A stretch of DNA of 64,000 nucleotides from Candidatus Bathyarchaeota archaeon (GTDB lineage Archaea; Thermoproteota; Bathyarchaeia; Bathyarchaeales; Bathycorpusculaceae), in assembly GCA_963782525.1 (NCBI GenBank), contig CAWAKC010000001.1:224001-288000 (forward strand). Reading direction: 5' to 3'. The notes below the pieces were generated by a model. The model was not told where the DNA came from. It did no database searches and saw only the letters and a program-made list of their open reading frames with translations. Numbering within the stretch: position 1 is the first letter of the stretch; each line of letters begins with the position of its first letter. This document shows positions 10,021 to 19,492 of the stretch, one piece after another. Both the position numbers and the translations under genes were made by a program.

Positions 10021-10829
10021 AAGTATCCTACCAGGGTGAAACTGGAGCCTACAGTGAAATGGCTGTCTTCAAGTTTTTCGGCAGCAAAGTAGAGCCAGTT
10101 CCCTGCAAAGATTTCCGAGACGTTTTTGAATCCGTTAAAACAGGCGCAGTTCCTAATGGTGTGGTTCCGATTGAGAACTCTATTGAAGGCAGCGTCAACC
10201 AAAACTACGACTTATTCCTCGCTTACGACCTCAAAGTTTGCGGAGAAGTCGCAGTAAAACTTGCCCATGTCCTGATCGCTAACCCCCAAACCAAATTCGA
10301 AAACATCGAAACAGTCTACTCGCACCCCCAAGCACTAGCACAATGCCGCAGTTACCTTGAAAAACACAGATGGGAAATTATCCCCGCCTACGACACCGCC
10401 GGAGCAGTCAAAGCCATCAAAGAAAAAGGACTTTTTAACGCTGCGGCCATTGCAAGCGAAAAAGCCGCAGACCTCTACGACATGAAGATTCTTGCCCGAG
10501 ACATCGCTGATAACCCATCAAACTACACGCGATTTCTTGTCCTATCCCATGAAGATGCCGCACCAACTGGAGACGACAAAACCTCAATAATATTTTCAGC
10601 TAAACATGCTCCCGGCACCTTATACCATGCTCTTGGAGAGTTTGCATCAAGAAACATCAACCTAACAAGAATCGAATCCAGACCCACAAAAACAACTGCT
10701 TGGCAATACAACTTTTACTTGGACTTTGAGGGCCATCGAACCGAGAAACGTTGTGCAGAAGCACTGCAAGCCCTAGAAAAGTATGCGACTTTCGTGAAAA
10801 TTCTGGGATCATACCCCAGAGCAATCTAA
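10017..10829 (+). CDS. pheA: prephenate dehydratase
   Basis: GAYSE, VPIENSIEGSV, SHPQALAQC, NYTRF and ACT domain NLTRIESRP. Confidence 0.95.
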   Translation: MKVSYQGETGAYSEMAVFKFFGSKVEPVPCKDFRDVFESVKTGAVPNGVVPIENSIEGSVNQNYDLFLAYDLKVCGEVAVKLAHVLIANPQTKFENIETVYSHPQALAQCRSYLEKHRWEIIPAYDTAGAVKAIKEKGLFNAAAIASEKAADLYDMKILARDIADNPSNYTRFLVLSHEDAAPTGDDKTSIIFSAKHAPGTLYHALGEFASRNINLTRIESRPTKTTAWQYNFYLDFEGHRTEKRCAEALQALEKYATFVKILGSYPRAI

Positions 10830-10854
10830 TTCTCTTCTTATTTTCCCGCTTGAA

Positions 10855-11205
10855 TTATTTTTTTGCTTTCTTTGGCGGCAACTCGGCAGCATACTTCATT
10901 GATTTGTCTAGCCATTCGGTGAAAGCCTTGTTGTCTGAGTAGAGGGATTTTGGCAAGACAACGTAGCCCTTCATGGCTCTGCCGGGCATGGGTTCAAAAG
11001 CGGCGACGCTTGGGCAATCCTTCTTTATCTCCGCCATATCAGCTTCAGAAAGGCGTAAGAAAAGTTTGTCACCGTGCACTCCCACAAACATGTTGCCGTT
11101 AAAGAAGTAGGCGGGGTACCCGAACATTTTCCTGTAATCGCAGTTTTTATCCTTCATTTTATCCATTATAAAATCAAGTTCTTGTGGGGCTTTCTTCCAT
11201 TCCAT
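10855..11205 (-). CDS. TfoX/Sxy N-terminal domain family protein
   Basis: RKMFGYPAYFFNGNMF and AMKGYVVLP...W patterns. Confidence 0.8.
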   Translation of the reverse strand: MEWKKAPQELDFIMDKMKDKNCDYRKMFGYPAYFFNGNMFVGVHGDKLFLRLSEADMAEIKKDCPSVAAFEPMPGRAMKGYVVLPKSLYSDNKAFTEWLDKSMKYAAELPPKKAKK

Positions 11206-11296
11206 AAAAAATCCCTAAATAGTTTTATCGATTGTAATTACTTGAGTATTTCTGTCTAACCATTTTTTCTATTGATTATTGCTTTACAATTGATTT

Positions 11297-11767
11297 CTAT
11301 ATCAGTGGCTTGATTTTTTCAGCTATTTCAGTTGGTTTGATCGGGTTGCCGCAGTGTTTGCAGATTAGGATTTTGCCGTTCTCCGGGAGGTCAACCATGT
11401 TGCCACATTTGGGGCAGTTATACGCGGACATTACGACACCGTTTTCTTTGAGGAAAACTCTTAGCGAAGCAAAGTTGACGATAGCCCCAGAAATGTTGAC
11501 TGATTGGGACTTCTCCTGCTCTTGACGACTCGGTAATGCTTCTTTTGCCTCTGCAACAATGGGACCGTTGAACACTTCATGTGCACAGAGCTGGCAAAGC
11601 TTTTTTCCCTTGTACTGGGGGAATTCTTTGCGTTTACCAAACTGCATCGACCCAATAACGAACCATTTTATGTAGCCTTTCTTGAGTTGTTTGTTCCAGA
11701 ACACCATTTTTTGTTCGTTCCAAGCGAGTTCTTTGCCGCATCTTGCACAGTTTTCCATGAACGTCAC
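11297..11767 (-). CDS. hypothetical double zinc-ribbon protein
   Basis: Four CxxC pairs (CARC, CQLC, CPKC, CKHC). Confidence 0.7.
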   Translation of the reverse strand: MTFMENCARCGKELAWNEQKMVFWNKQLKKGYIKWFVIGSMQFGKRKEFPQYKGKKLCQLCAHEVFNGPIVAEAKEALPSRQEQEKSQSVNISGAIVNFASLRVFLKENGVVMSAYNCPKCGNMVDLPENGKILICKHCGNPIKPTEIAEKIKPLI

Positions 11768-11821
11768 GTCTGCTTATCGTGGTGTTTGGAGTAATTAGAT
11801 TTTGCGCTCAAACGGGGGTAT

Positions 11822-12451
11822 TTACCGTCTCACGGTGTTTTTGTAGAAATTTTCGATTATGCAGTGACCCTCAGGATGAGTTTCGCCCTGGATCACGATG
11901 CGTTCGGGATGAAATTGGACGCCAAAGAAGGGTTTGGTTTTATGTTTGACGGCCTCTACTTCGCAGGAAACTGAATCAGCCATCAACGTGAACCCTGCGG
12001 CGTCAAGACCGCCTTTTAGGACATAGTCGTAGTGGTTTTCAGCTAAGGGCGAAGTGTGTCCTTCTTTGAACCCAGAGAAAATTTGGTCTGACTGGATAAT
12101 CCTGACTTCCTCAAACCTGCTGGCAACCTGCTTAGGAAGGGAACCCACTTCGGCGCCAAAAGCCCAGCACAGCAGTTGATGACCGAAACAAATACCCAAC
12201 AAAGGCACGCCGAAATTTCTTATAATCACCTCAACACCTTCGAATTTGGTTCTATCCGAGGATAGAACGATTCTGGCGGCAGACCCACTGAGGACAACAG
12301 CATCTATGTCATTTACTATTTGATAGTCCCGCGACATATCCCTAAAATTAGCAACTGTGCACTCGCCAAATCGGCTTATTACAGTAAATAAATCCGTGCT
12401 AACTTTGCCAGTAAACGAACAGTTGACAAGCAGAGTTTTAGTCATCGACAA
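11822..12451 (-). CDS. class I glutamine amidotransferase-like protein
   Basis: Triad motifs LGICFGHQ and GVQFHPE. Confidence 0.85.
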   Translation of the reverse strand: MSMTKTLLVNCSFTGKVSTDLFTVISRFGECTVANFRDMSRDYQIVNDIDAVVLSGSAARIVLSSDRTKFEGVEVIIRNFGVPLLGICFGHQLLCWAFGAEVGSLPKQVASRFEEVRIIQSDQIFSGFKEGHTSPLAENHYDYVLKGGLDAAGFTLMADSVSCEVEAVKHKTKPFFGVQFHPERIVIQGETHPEGHCIIENFYKNTVRR

Positions 12452-12453
12452 GC

Positions 12454-13326
12454 CTATTTTTCTGTTGATTCCAGCATTTTGTACATAACGTCATAGGACT
12501 CGGCGAAGTCGCTGTCGGTTTCTTTGAGCTTTTTCTTTAGCTGCTCCATACGTTCGACAATTGCTTTGGTGTCTTTGTTTTTAATTAGTGTAAGCAGTTC
12601 TTGGGCTTTAGCCATGAAAGTATCTTCGATTTTTTCGAGTTCAGGTAGGCTTGTTTGAACACTCGCATAGAGATCGGGAGTCTCCAGCGCCGTAGCTTCT
12701 GCCAAGGTGAAGAGCATTCGGTAGGTGGTGCCAGCAACTTTTTTGGTTTCAGACAAATTCTTCTGTTCGAGCAAGGTTTCACAGGCGACTAAGCCCAGAA
12801 AATGCGGCAGCCCAAGCACGACTGACATTAATTCGTCGTGTTTTTTGGGGGTCATTATGAAAACGTGTGCGTCTTCTCGCTCAAGCCACAGCTTATAATG
12901 CTCAGCTAACTCGTTCTCTTTGGAGTTTGTTGGAGTTAAAACGTAAGCTTTGTGTTTGACCCCGTTGCTTCCTGGACCGAAAACGGGATGCGTACCCAAA
13001 ACAGTTGCTTCTTTTATGTATTGGTGCATGATTTTTACGGGGGATTCTTTGATTGAGCAAATATCCATAACCACTTGCCCTTCATGCAAGACAGGGCTGA
13101 TCGTTTTAACGACCTCTTCGATGGCATTTATGGATACGCAGAGGAGAACCTGGTCAGCATCCGCCACTGCTTCCTCGAAGTTTGTAGTTAAATCAACGAG
13201 GAGGGCTTTTTGTTTTTCAAGTTTCGCTTTTTTTCTATCCGCTAAAATAACGTCGTAACCTTTAGACTGAAAGAAATCGGCGAACCAAACGCCCATCTTG
13301 CCAGCCCCGATTACGGCGATTTTCAT
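12454..13326 (-). CDS. tyrA: prephenate/arogenate dehydrogenase
   Basis: GAGKMG Rossmann motif, DICSIK, HPVFGP, HDELMSVVLGLPH. Confidence 0.93.
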   Translation of the reverse strand: MKIAVIGAGKMGVWFADFFQSKGYDVILADRKKAKLEKQKALLVDLTTNFEEAVADADQVLLCVSINAIEEVVKTISPVLHEGQVVMDICSIKESPVKIMHQYIKEATVLGTHPVFGPGSNGVKHKAYVLTPTNSKENELAEHYKLWLEREDAHVFIMTPKKHDELMSVVLGLPHFLGLVACETLLEQKNLSETKKVAGTTYRMLFTLAEATALETPDLYASVQTSLPELEKIEDTFMAKAQELLTLIKNKDTKAIVERMEQLKKKLKETDSDFAESYDVMYKMLESTEK

Positions 13327-14405
13327 TGCTTTGCTGCCTCACAGATTTTATCAAGTCCAACCTCGATTTCGTTGTCTGGCGCAGTTAGGGAGATGCGAAA
13401 GTGCTCGCGGTAATCGCCAAATGCGGTGCCTGGAGCCACAGCTACGCCTTTGTCGAGCAGGTTTAGAGTATATTTTTCGCTGTCTAAACCGTCGAGTTTC
13501 GGGAACACGTAGAAGGGAGCGTCGGGTTTGGTAAATTTGAAGCCTGCCGCCGAGAGCTTAACACTTGCAAGGTCTGCCCGTTTTTTGTATTTGGCTTTAA
13601 TTTTGGATGCAATTTGCTTATGCAGTTCTAACCCTTTGAGAGCTGCGTCTTGGATAAAGACCGGTACGTTATTGATGGTGATTTGGTTGAGTTTAGTTAT
13701 TTGGTCGATTAACATTTTGTTTGCGATTAAGTAGCCTATGCGCCAGCCGGTCATAGTGAAGGTTTTAGAAAAGCCATTTGAGAGGATGTGTTTGCATTCG
13801 CCGTCGTAGTCGAGGATACTTTTAGTTTTCACAAAGCTGATTGCGCCATAAACCTCGTCGGAGAGTATGGTTACTCCTTTTTTGTTGGCTAACTTGACTA
13901 TGCCGTCGAGGGTTTTAGTATCCATGACTTTGCTGGTGGGGTTGTTTGGGTTATTGAGGATAATCATTTTGGTTTCATTGTCAATTAATGCATCGAGCTT
14001 GGCGAGGTCAATTTTCCAGCCGTCTTCCATTTCGGTTCGCAGCAGCTGGGTTTTGGCTCCGAAGCTTTTCGCGATTAAATCGTAAGCTGTCCAGTACGGC
14101 GTGGGAATTATGACGTTGCCGCCGTTTTTAAGCATCAAAAACATCGTGGCGAATATGCCCCATTTTGAACCCGGAGTAATAACCACGTTTTCTGCTTTAA
14201 CGCCGTGGCCCTCAGCGATTTTCTGACGCAATTTAAGCTCGCCATAGGAAGAGGAATACTTGGTTTTTCCGGACTTCATAGAAGCGTATGCAGCTTCTAC
14301 GATTTCGGGCGGCGTAGCCATGTCTGGGTCGCCAAGGTTTAATCGAATTATCTTTTTTCCTTCACTTTCCAATTTGAGGGCTTTCTCGTTTATCTCGTAG
14401 AGCAT
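13323..14405 (-). CDS. class I/II PLP aminotransferase (likely aromatic/aspartate)
   Basis: NNPNNPT, SDEVY, GFSKTFTMTGWRIG motifs; lies between chorismate mutase and tyrA. Confidence 0.9.
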   Translation of the reverse strand: MLYEINEKALKLESEGKKIIRLNLGDPDMATPPEIVEAAYASMKSGKTKYSSSYGELKLRQKIAEGHGVKAENVVITPGSKWGIFATMFLMLKNGGNVIIPTPYWTAYDLIAKSFGAKTQLLRTEMEDGWKIDLAKLDALIDNETKMIILNNPNNPTSKVMDTKTLDGIVKLANKKGVTILSDEVYGAISFVKTKSILDYDGECKHILSNGFSKTFTMTGWRIGYLIANKMLIDQITKLNQITINNVPVFIQDAALKGLELHKQIASKIKAKYKKRADLASVKLSAAGFKFTKPDAPFYVFPKLDGLDSEKYTLNLLDKGVAVAPGTAFGDYREHFRISLTAPDNEIEVGLDKICEAAKQ

Positions 14406-14433
14406 ACAGGTTTGGACTCTCCGTTAGAGCGCT

Positions 14434-14694
14434 TTATTCTTGAACAGCACTGCACATATTAACTATTTCGCGGTAAACCGCTTCAACGTGCCCAGCGGCA
14501 AGACCCAATTCAGCCCCTTTTGCCCGTATCCGCTTGAAAACTTCGTTCTCTCTGGAGAGGTCGCGGACTGGTTTTCCCTGCTTTTTCTTCGCAGCGCCAA
14601 TTGCCTTACAAGTTTTAACACGCTCGCAGAGAGCGGTTAAGATTTGGTCGTCGATTTCATCCACGTTTTTTCTGAGCTTTGGGATTTCAGTCAT
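14434..14694 (-). CDS. chorismate mutase (AroQ type)
   Basis: LRKNVDEID...ER...IGAAKK...RDLSRE...Q pattern. Confidence 0.9.
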   Translation of the reverse strand: MTEIPKLRKNVDEIDDQILTALCERVKTCKAIGAAKKKQGKPVRDLSRENEVFKRIRAKGAELGLAAGHVEAVYREIVNMCSAVQE

Positions 14695-14695
14695 G

Positions 14696-15799
14696 TTAAT
14701 GCTCCTTGAGGACCTTGGGGATGTAACCTGAACGGATCAGGTGGTCAGCTAAAGTTATTGCAGCGGCTGTTTCGATGGCGGGCACCGCCTTGGGTACGAC
14801 ACAGGGGTCGTGTCTGCCCTTAACGCTTATTGAGGCTTCTTCCATTGAGGAGAGGTTAACGGTTTTCTGTTCTTTAGCAATAGACGGCGTAGGCTTAATC
14901 GCCACACGAATCATAATTGGCATACCGCTGGATAAACCGCCCAAGATGCCTCCTGCGTTCTCCGTGGAAGTTATGATCTTCCCGTTCTTGAGCAGAAAAG
15001 CGTCGTTGTTCTGTGAACCAGTCAACTCAGTAGCCCTAAACCCAGCGCCAAACTCAACACCCTTTACAGCGGGAACACTAAACAATGCTTTCGCTAAATC
15101 AGCATCCAATGAATCAAACAATGGCTCGCCAATTCCTGCTGGCATGTTTAGTGCAATGCATTCTATGACTCCGCCCAAACTTTCGCCTTCTTTTCGAGCA
15201 TTCACGATGGCTTCCTCCATTTTTTCTGCGCATGCCAAGTCGGGGCACCTTGTTGCAGCCGCATTTTTGTTTTTGCGGATTTCTGCTGCACTGAATTTTT
15301 TGTCGGTTCTAATTTTCCCTATCGATTGGGTATAAGCTAAAACATCGATGTCGTATCTTCCGAGAAGTTTTTTTGCTATGGTTCCAGCCATGATTAGGGC
15401 GACGGTAACTCTGCCTGAGAAGCGTCCGCCGCCTCGGTAATCGTTGAAGCCGCCGTATCGGATGCGGGCGGGGTAGTCGGAGTGGCCGGGGCGTGGCAAG
15501 TCTTTAATGTCTTCATAATCACTTGAGTTAGTTTCTTTGTTCTCAACTGTCAAAGCGATTGGAGCACCAGTCGTGAACCCATTAAATAATCCGCTGAGAA
15601 TCTTAACAATGTCCTTCTCGATACGGGCAGAAACAATTTTGGGCTCCGCTGGAATCCTACGGTCAAGCTCTTCCTGAAAATCTGCTTCTGAGAGCGGCAA
15701 TCCAGCTGGGCAACCGTCTACGACTACGCCAACGACTTTGCCGTGACTCTCACCAAACGTGGTAACTACGAATTCTTTACCTATCGAATTTCCCGCCAA
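14696..15799 (-). CDS. aroC: chorismate synthase
   Basis: TFGESHG, RPGHSD, GGGRFSGR, KPTPSI, GRHDPC motifs. Confidence 0.97.
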   Translation of the reverse strand: MAGNSIGKEFVVTTFGESHGKVVGVVVDGCPAGLPLSEADFQEELDRRIPAEPKIVSARIEKDIVKILSGLFNGFTTGAPIALTVENKETNSSDYEDIKDLPRPGHSDYPARIRYGGFNDYRGGGRFSGRVTVALIMAGTIAKKLLGRYDIDVLAYTQSIGKIRTDKKFSAAEIRKNKNAAATRCPDLACAEKMEEAIVNARKEGESLGGVIECIALNMPAGIGEPLFDSLDADLAKALFSVPAVKGVEFGAGFRATELTGSQNNDAFLLKNGKIITSTENAGGILGGLSSGMPIMIRVAIKPTPSIAKEQKTVNLSSMEEASISVKGRHDPCVVPKAVPAIETAAAITLADHLIRSGYIPKVLKEH

Positions 15800-17075
15800 C
15801 TAAGTTAGCTCCTAATTGTTTTAGATGAGTGAAGAACTGCGGATAAGACTTTCTGACGCACTCAGCGTTCTGAATAGTGGTTTCTCCTTCAGCGCCAAGT
15901 GCAGCGACAGCGCATGCCATGGCGATTCGATGATCATTATGCGGGTCAATCATGGCTCCGTGCAGACGCCGTCCGCCTTCAACGATTAACCCATCTTCGG
16001 TAGCGCTGATGTCGGCACCCATTTTTCCCAGTTCGACATAGAGCGATTGAAGTCTATCAGACTCCTTGAGCCTGAGCCTATTTGCTCCAAAAATGTGCGA
16101 TGTACCCTCTGCGTAACATGCAAGGGCTGCGATTGCGGGAACAAGATCAGGAATATTCTTAGCATCCACTTCTAAGGGTTTGAGTAACCTGCCTAAGCCT
16201 TCGATTTCAATGCTGTCTGCGCAAACTTTCCCGTTGACGCCCATATGCTTGAGGAAGCCCATTATGGATTTGTCGCCTTGAACGCTGCTGTATTCAAGGT
16301 TGTTTATTTGAACTTTCGAGGTGGTTATTGCCGCCGCAACAAGAAGAAAAGCAGCTGAAGAGAAATCGCCCGGAACCCTTCCGTCCGCTGGATTGTAGCT
16401 TTGGCCTACTGGAATATGAATGTGATTTTCATGTGCAGGAACCTTAATTCCATGGTCAGCAAGAACTGCCTCAGTCATTTTGACGTAATCCTCAGACTCC
16501 AACGGCGAAGTTAACGTTATTTCAGTATCCACTTGAGCATTTGGGCAAGCAAACATCAACCCTGAAATGAATTGTGAACTTACATCGCCGGGAATGGATG
16601 TTTCGCCTCCAACGATGCCGCCGCCCTCCACGAAAACGGCGTCTTTGTCACCGAATTTTCCAACATGTACTTTGGCACCGAGTTCACTGAGGCTTGCCAA
16701 TAATGGTTCTACGGGTCGCTTCTCGATTGAACCTCTAAACACCAATGTTGAAGGACCCTTTGCCAGAGCAGCCATGGGTATCATGAAACGCAATGTGGCA
16801 CCCGATTCTCCGCAGTCAATTGGCTCTTTTGCACCTTTAAGCTTCAATGCTCCTTGGATTGTCCAGCAACCGTCAGCAGTCGTGACTTTTGCACCCAAAG
16901 CTTTGACAGCACGCAGGGTGGCTTCTGTATCCTCCGATAATAGGGGATTAGATATTTTGGAGGAACCAGCCGAAAGAGCAGCGGCAATAATCATCCTCTG
17001 AGTATAAGACTTAGACGGTGGAGCACAAACTTGACCACTTAACTGTCCAGTTTTCTTAACAATTACGTCTACCAT
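15777..17075 (-). CDS. aroA: 3-phosphoshikimate 1-carboxyvinyltransferase (EPSP synthase)
   Basis: PPSKSYTQR, GESGATLRF, SSQFISG, RLKESDR, DHRIAM motifs; start placed at ATG 17075. Confidence 0.96.
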   Translation of the reverse strand: MVDVIVKKTGQLSGQVCAPPSKSYTQRMIIAAALSAGSSKISNPLLSEDTEATLRAVKALGAKVTTADGCWTIQGALKLKGAKEPIDCGESGATLRFMIPMAALAKGPSTLVFRGSIEKRPVEPLLASLSELGAKVHVGKFGDKDAVFVEGGGIVGGETSIPGDVSSQFISGLMFACPNAQVDTEITLTSPLESEDYVKMTEAVLADHGIKVPAHENHIHIPVGQSYNPADGRVPGDFSSAAFLLVAAAITTSKVQINNLEYSSVQGDKSIMGFLKHMGVNGKVCADSIEIEGLGRLLKPLEVDAKNIPDLVPAIAALACYAEGTSHIFGANRLRLKESDRLQSLYVELGKMGADISATEDGLIVEGGRRLHGAMIDPHNDHRIAMACAVAALGAEGETTIQNAECVRKSYPQFFTHLKQLGANLVGGKFDR

Positions 17076-17947
17076 ACTATTGCACCTTGGGCTTTTTTGC
17101 AATTTATTTGTGTCTGCAAGATTTCGCCTTCATACTTTTGCAGTGCAGCCTTTACAGAATCGACTTTATCCTTGGGAACCACCGCGGTTACGCCGGGTCC
17201 TTTGCCGCAGAGCCCAGACGCCACCGCTCCAGCAGCCAATGCGTCGATAGCTATTGCGGTGTTGAAGTTGGAGGCTGAAGAGTAGATTAAGCCGTTGATG
17301 GTCAGGGCTTCCCAAACTTTCCCTTCCAAAGCCTTTTCGAAAGCGATTTCCACGAGGGGTTTAACGGATTTGAGCCGGTTTATATGGGAGTCGATGGTGT
17401 AGGCTTTTTGGGGTGGCACATGGAAGAGAACCTTCAAATCCTCATTCAGCGGCATTTGCTTGATTAGTTCCCGTTTTAGGTTATCGGTGATGACTATGCC
17501 GCCAAAATAGGAAGCACAAGCATCATCAAACGCACCTGTAACCGTAACTTTGGCATCAAAAGCCGCTTCAACACCTATGTTGATGATTTCTAAGTCGCTG
17601 AGCTTTTTGCCCAGTGCCGTTGTGGTGGCTAGTGCAGTTGCATTTGCGGCTGCGCTACTACTTTTGAGCCCCCTTGCGATGGGAATGTTTGAAGTGGTTT
17701 TTACTTTCACGCCAAAACTTTTCTCTAAATTGAACAGTTGCAGAACTCGGGTTACGGTTTTTTCTATGAGGAGCGTGCTTTCAGTGGGGTCAGAAGCTAT
17801 CTCAGTTCTGATAACGCCTGGTTCATCAGTTAATTTGACTTCAGCTTTAGTCCACAAATCAACCCCAAACGCGGCGCCTTTTCCCAGGGCAATCGCGTTC
17901 ACGATCGTTGCAGCCCCATGAACAACAGCCACAGCTTTCCCAGTCAC
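17069..17947 (-). CDS. aroK: archaeal shikimate kinase (GHMP family)
   Basis: IVNAIALGKGAAFG, PIARGLKSSSAA, TGAFDDA motifs. Confidence 0.93.
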   Translation of the reverse strand: MTGKAVAVVHGAATIVNAIALGKGAAFGVDLWTKAEVKLTDEPGVIRTEIASDPTESTLLIEKTVTRVLQLFNLEKSFGVKVKTTSNIPIARGLKSSSAAANATALATTTALGKKLSDLEIINIGVEAAFDAKVTVTGAFDDACASYFGGIVITDNLKRELIKQMPLNEDLKVLFHVPPQKAYTIDSHINRLKSVKPLVEIAFEKALEGKVWEALTINGLIYSSASNFNTAIAIDALAAGAVASGLCGKGPGVTAVVPKDKVDSVKAALQKYEGEILQTQINCKKAQGAIVW

Positions 17948-17949
17948 AA

Positions 17950-18807
17950 TTACACCTTCTGCAAATGATTAAGCGCTGCCTGCCTCATAACTTCAACGGG
18001 AGCAGACTTCCCCGTCCAGATTTCAAATGATGCCGCACCTTGATAAATCAACATCTCAACTCCGCTGACGACTTTGGCGCCTGCGGCTTTGGCGTCTTTT
18101 GCTAGTTGGGTTTCGATTGGATTGTAAACGATGTCTATTACTGCCAAATTGGGTCCTATCAGCTTAGGCGGAATTAGGCTTTCGTCGGGTTTGGGTTTCA
18201 TCCCAACGGATGTTGCGTTGATTAGGATGTCTGAGTCTTGGAGGTTGTGCTGTATTTCCTTTGGCGAGAGGGCGCCTGAAACTATTTTCTTGTTAGCGGT
18301 CTTTTCCAGCAGTTTAGCTAATTCTTGGGCTGGTTTTAGGGTTCGGTTCAAAACTGCCAGCTCGTCGGATTCTCGGGCCATCGTGTAAGCTATGGCTCTT
18401 GCCGCTCCTCCTGCGCCAAGCAACAGAATTTTCCTACCTTTGGGTTCCACATCGTTTTCCCTTAAGGCTTTTAGTGCGCCGACTCCATCGGTGTTAAAGC
18501 CAAAAAGCTTGCCGTCCCGATTTAAGATGGTATTAACTGAGTTAATTATTTGCGCGGATAAATCTACTCGGTCTAAATATTTCAGGATTGAACTTTTATG
18601 TGGCATGGTAACGTTTAGCCCTCTTATGTTCAGGGCGCGCATGCCGTTCACCGCGTTTTCCAGTCCTACAGGCTTCACCTTGAATGCTAAAAATGTGTAG
18701 TCGAGTTTGAGGGCTTGAAAAGCTGCATTATGCATTATTGGGCTTAAGGTGTGTTCTATCGGGTCGCCGATGACTCCGCAAACACGTGTTTTCCCCGTTA
18801 TAACCAT
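17950..18807 (-). CDS. aroE: shikimate dehydrogenase
   Basis: LSPIMHN, NVTMPHK, NTDG, GAGGAARA, MLIYQG motifs. Confidence 0.95.
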   Translation of the reverse strand: MVITGKTRVCGVIGDPIEHTLSPIMHNAAFQALKLDYTFLAFKVKPVGLENAVNGMRALNIRGLNVTMPHKSSILKYLDRVDLSAQIINSVNTILNRDGKLFGFNTDGVGALKALRENDVEPKGRKILLLGAGGAARAIAYTMARESDELAVLNRTLKPAQELAKLLEKTANKKIVSGALSPKEIQHNLQDSDILINATSVGMKPKPDESLIPPKLIGPNLAVIDIVYNPIETQLAKDAKAAGAKVVSGVEMLIYQGAASFEIWTGKSAPVEVMRQAALNHLQKV

Positions 18808-18808
18808 G

Positions 18809-19492
18809 CTACTTTACCCCTAAAAGACCGTAAGCAGTCCTCATTTCACCTATGCTCATCTGGCCAGCGGCGGTTTCACTTCCATTTTCCAGAGAAGCGA
18901 AAGTAAAGAATGCCCCAAACATTGGCGAGAGAAGCCTTGAAACCTTACCATGTTCACCCATGCAGAAACAAACCAGTTTACCTTTGCTGGATGCAAAAGA
19001 AACAAAACCTAGAACCGGAAGGTTGTCTTCTACATGGTTGGCGGTTGTCACAATCTTGCAAATGCTCGCTCTACTGGCAAGCTCCTTATCAAGAACATCC
19101 TCCATAGCTGTAACGCTGAGTGCACCGTCGAATTTGTGATATGAAACGATTGGTTTAGCCCCCAACTGCTTAAGTTGGCTGATTGTTTCTATATGTTTTG
19201 GGCTTGATAAGTTAACGTCAACATATTCAAAACCGCTCTTGGCAGCAAAAAGTAGTGTTTGTTGCCATTCAATCTCTGTGCCCGAGAAGTATCCCTTTTC
19301 GCTTTGAAGTTTGTTAGCGGCTATTAAAGGGATTTTTGTACTCGCCGTTATGTCTGATAATTTTCTGGAAATTTCAAGCCAATCCAGTCGGACCTCAATA
19401 AAGTCTGCTTTGGCTTTCTCTGCCTTCTCAATTAGATTTAATGCTTCTATGTTGTTTTTTGGGAGAATCGAAACGCAGATTCTCGCGGTCAC
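18809..19492 (-). CDS. aroD: type I 3-dehydroquinate dehydratase
   Basis: EVRLD, IVSYH, MGEHGKVSRL, AAGQ motifs; operon context. Confidence 0.88.
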   Translation of the reverse strand: MTARICVSILPKNNIEALNLIEKAEKAKADFIEVRLDWLEISRKLSDITASTKIPLIAANKLQSEKGYFSGTEIEWQQTLLFAAKSGFEYVDVNLSSPKHIETISQLKQLGAKPIVSYHKFDGALSVTAMEDVLDKELASRASICKIVTTANHVEDNLPVLGFVSFASSKGKLVCFCMGEHGKVSRLLSPMFGAFFTFASLENGSETAAGQMSIGEMRTAYGLLGVK

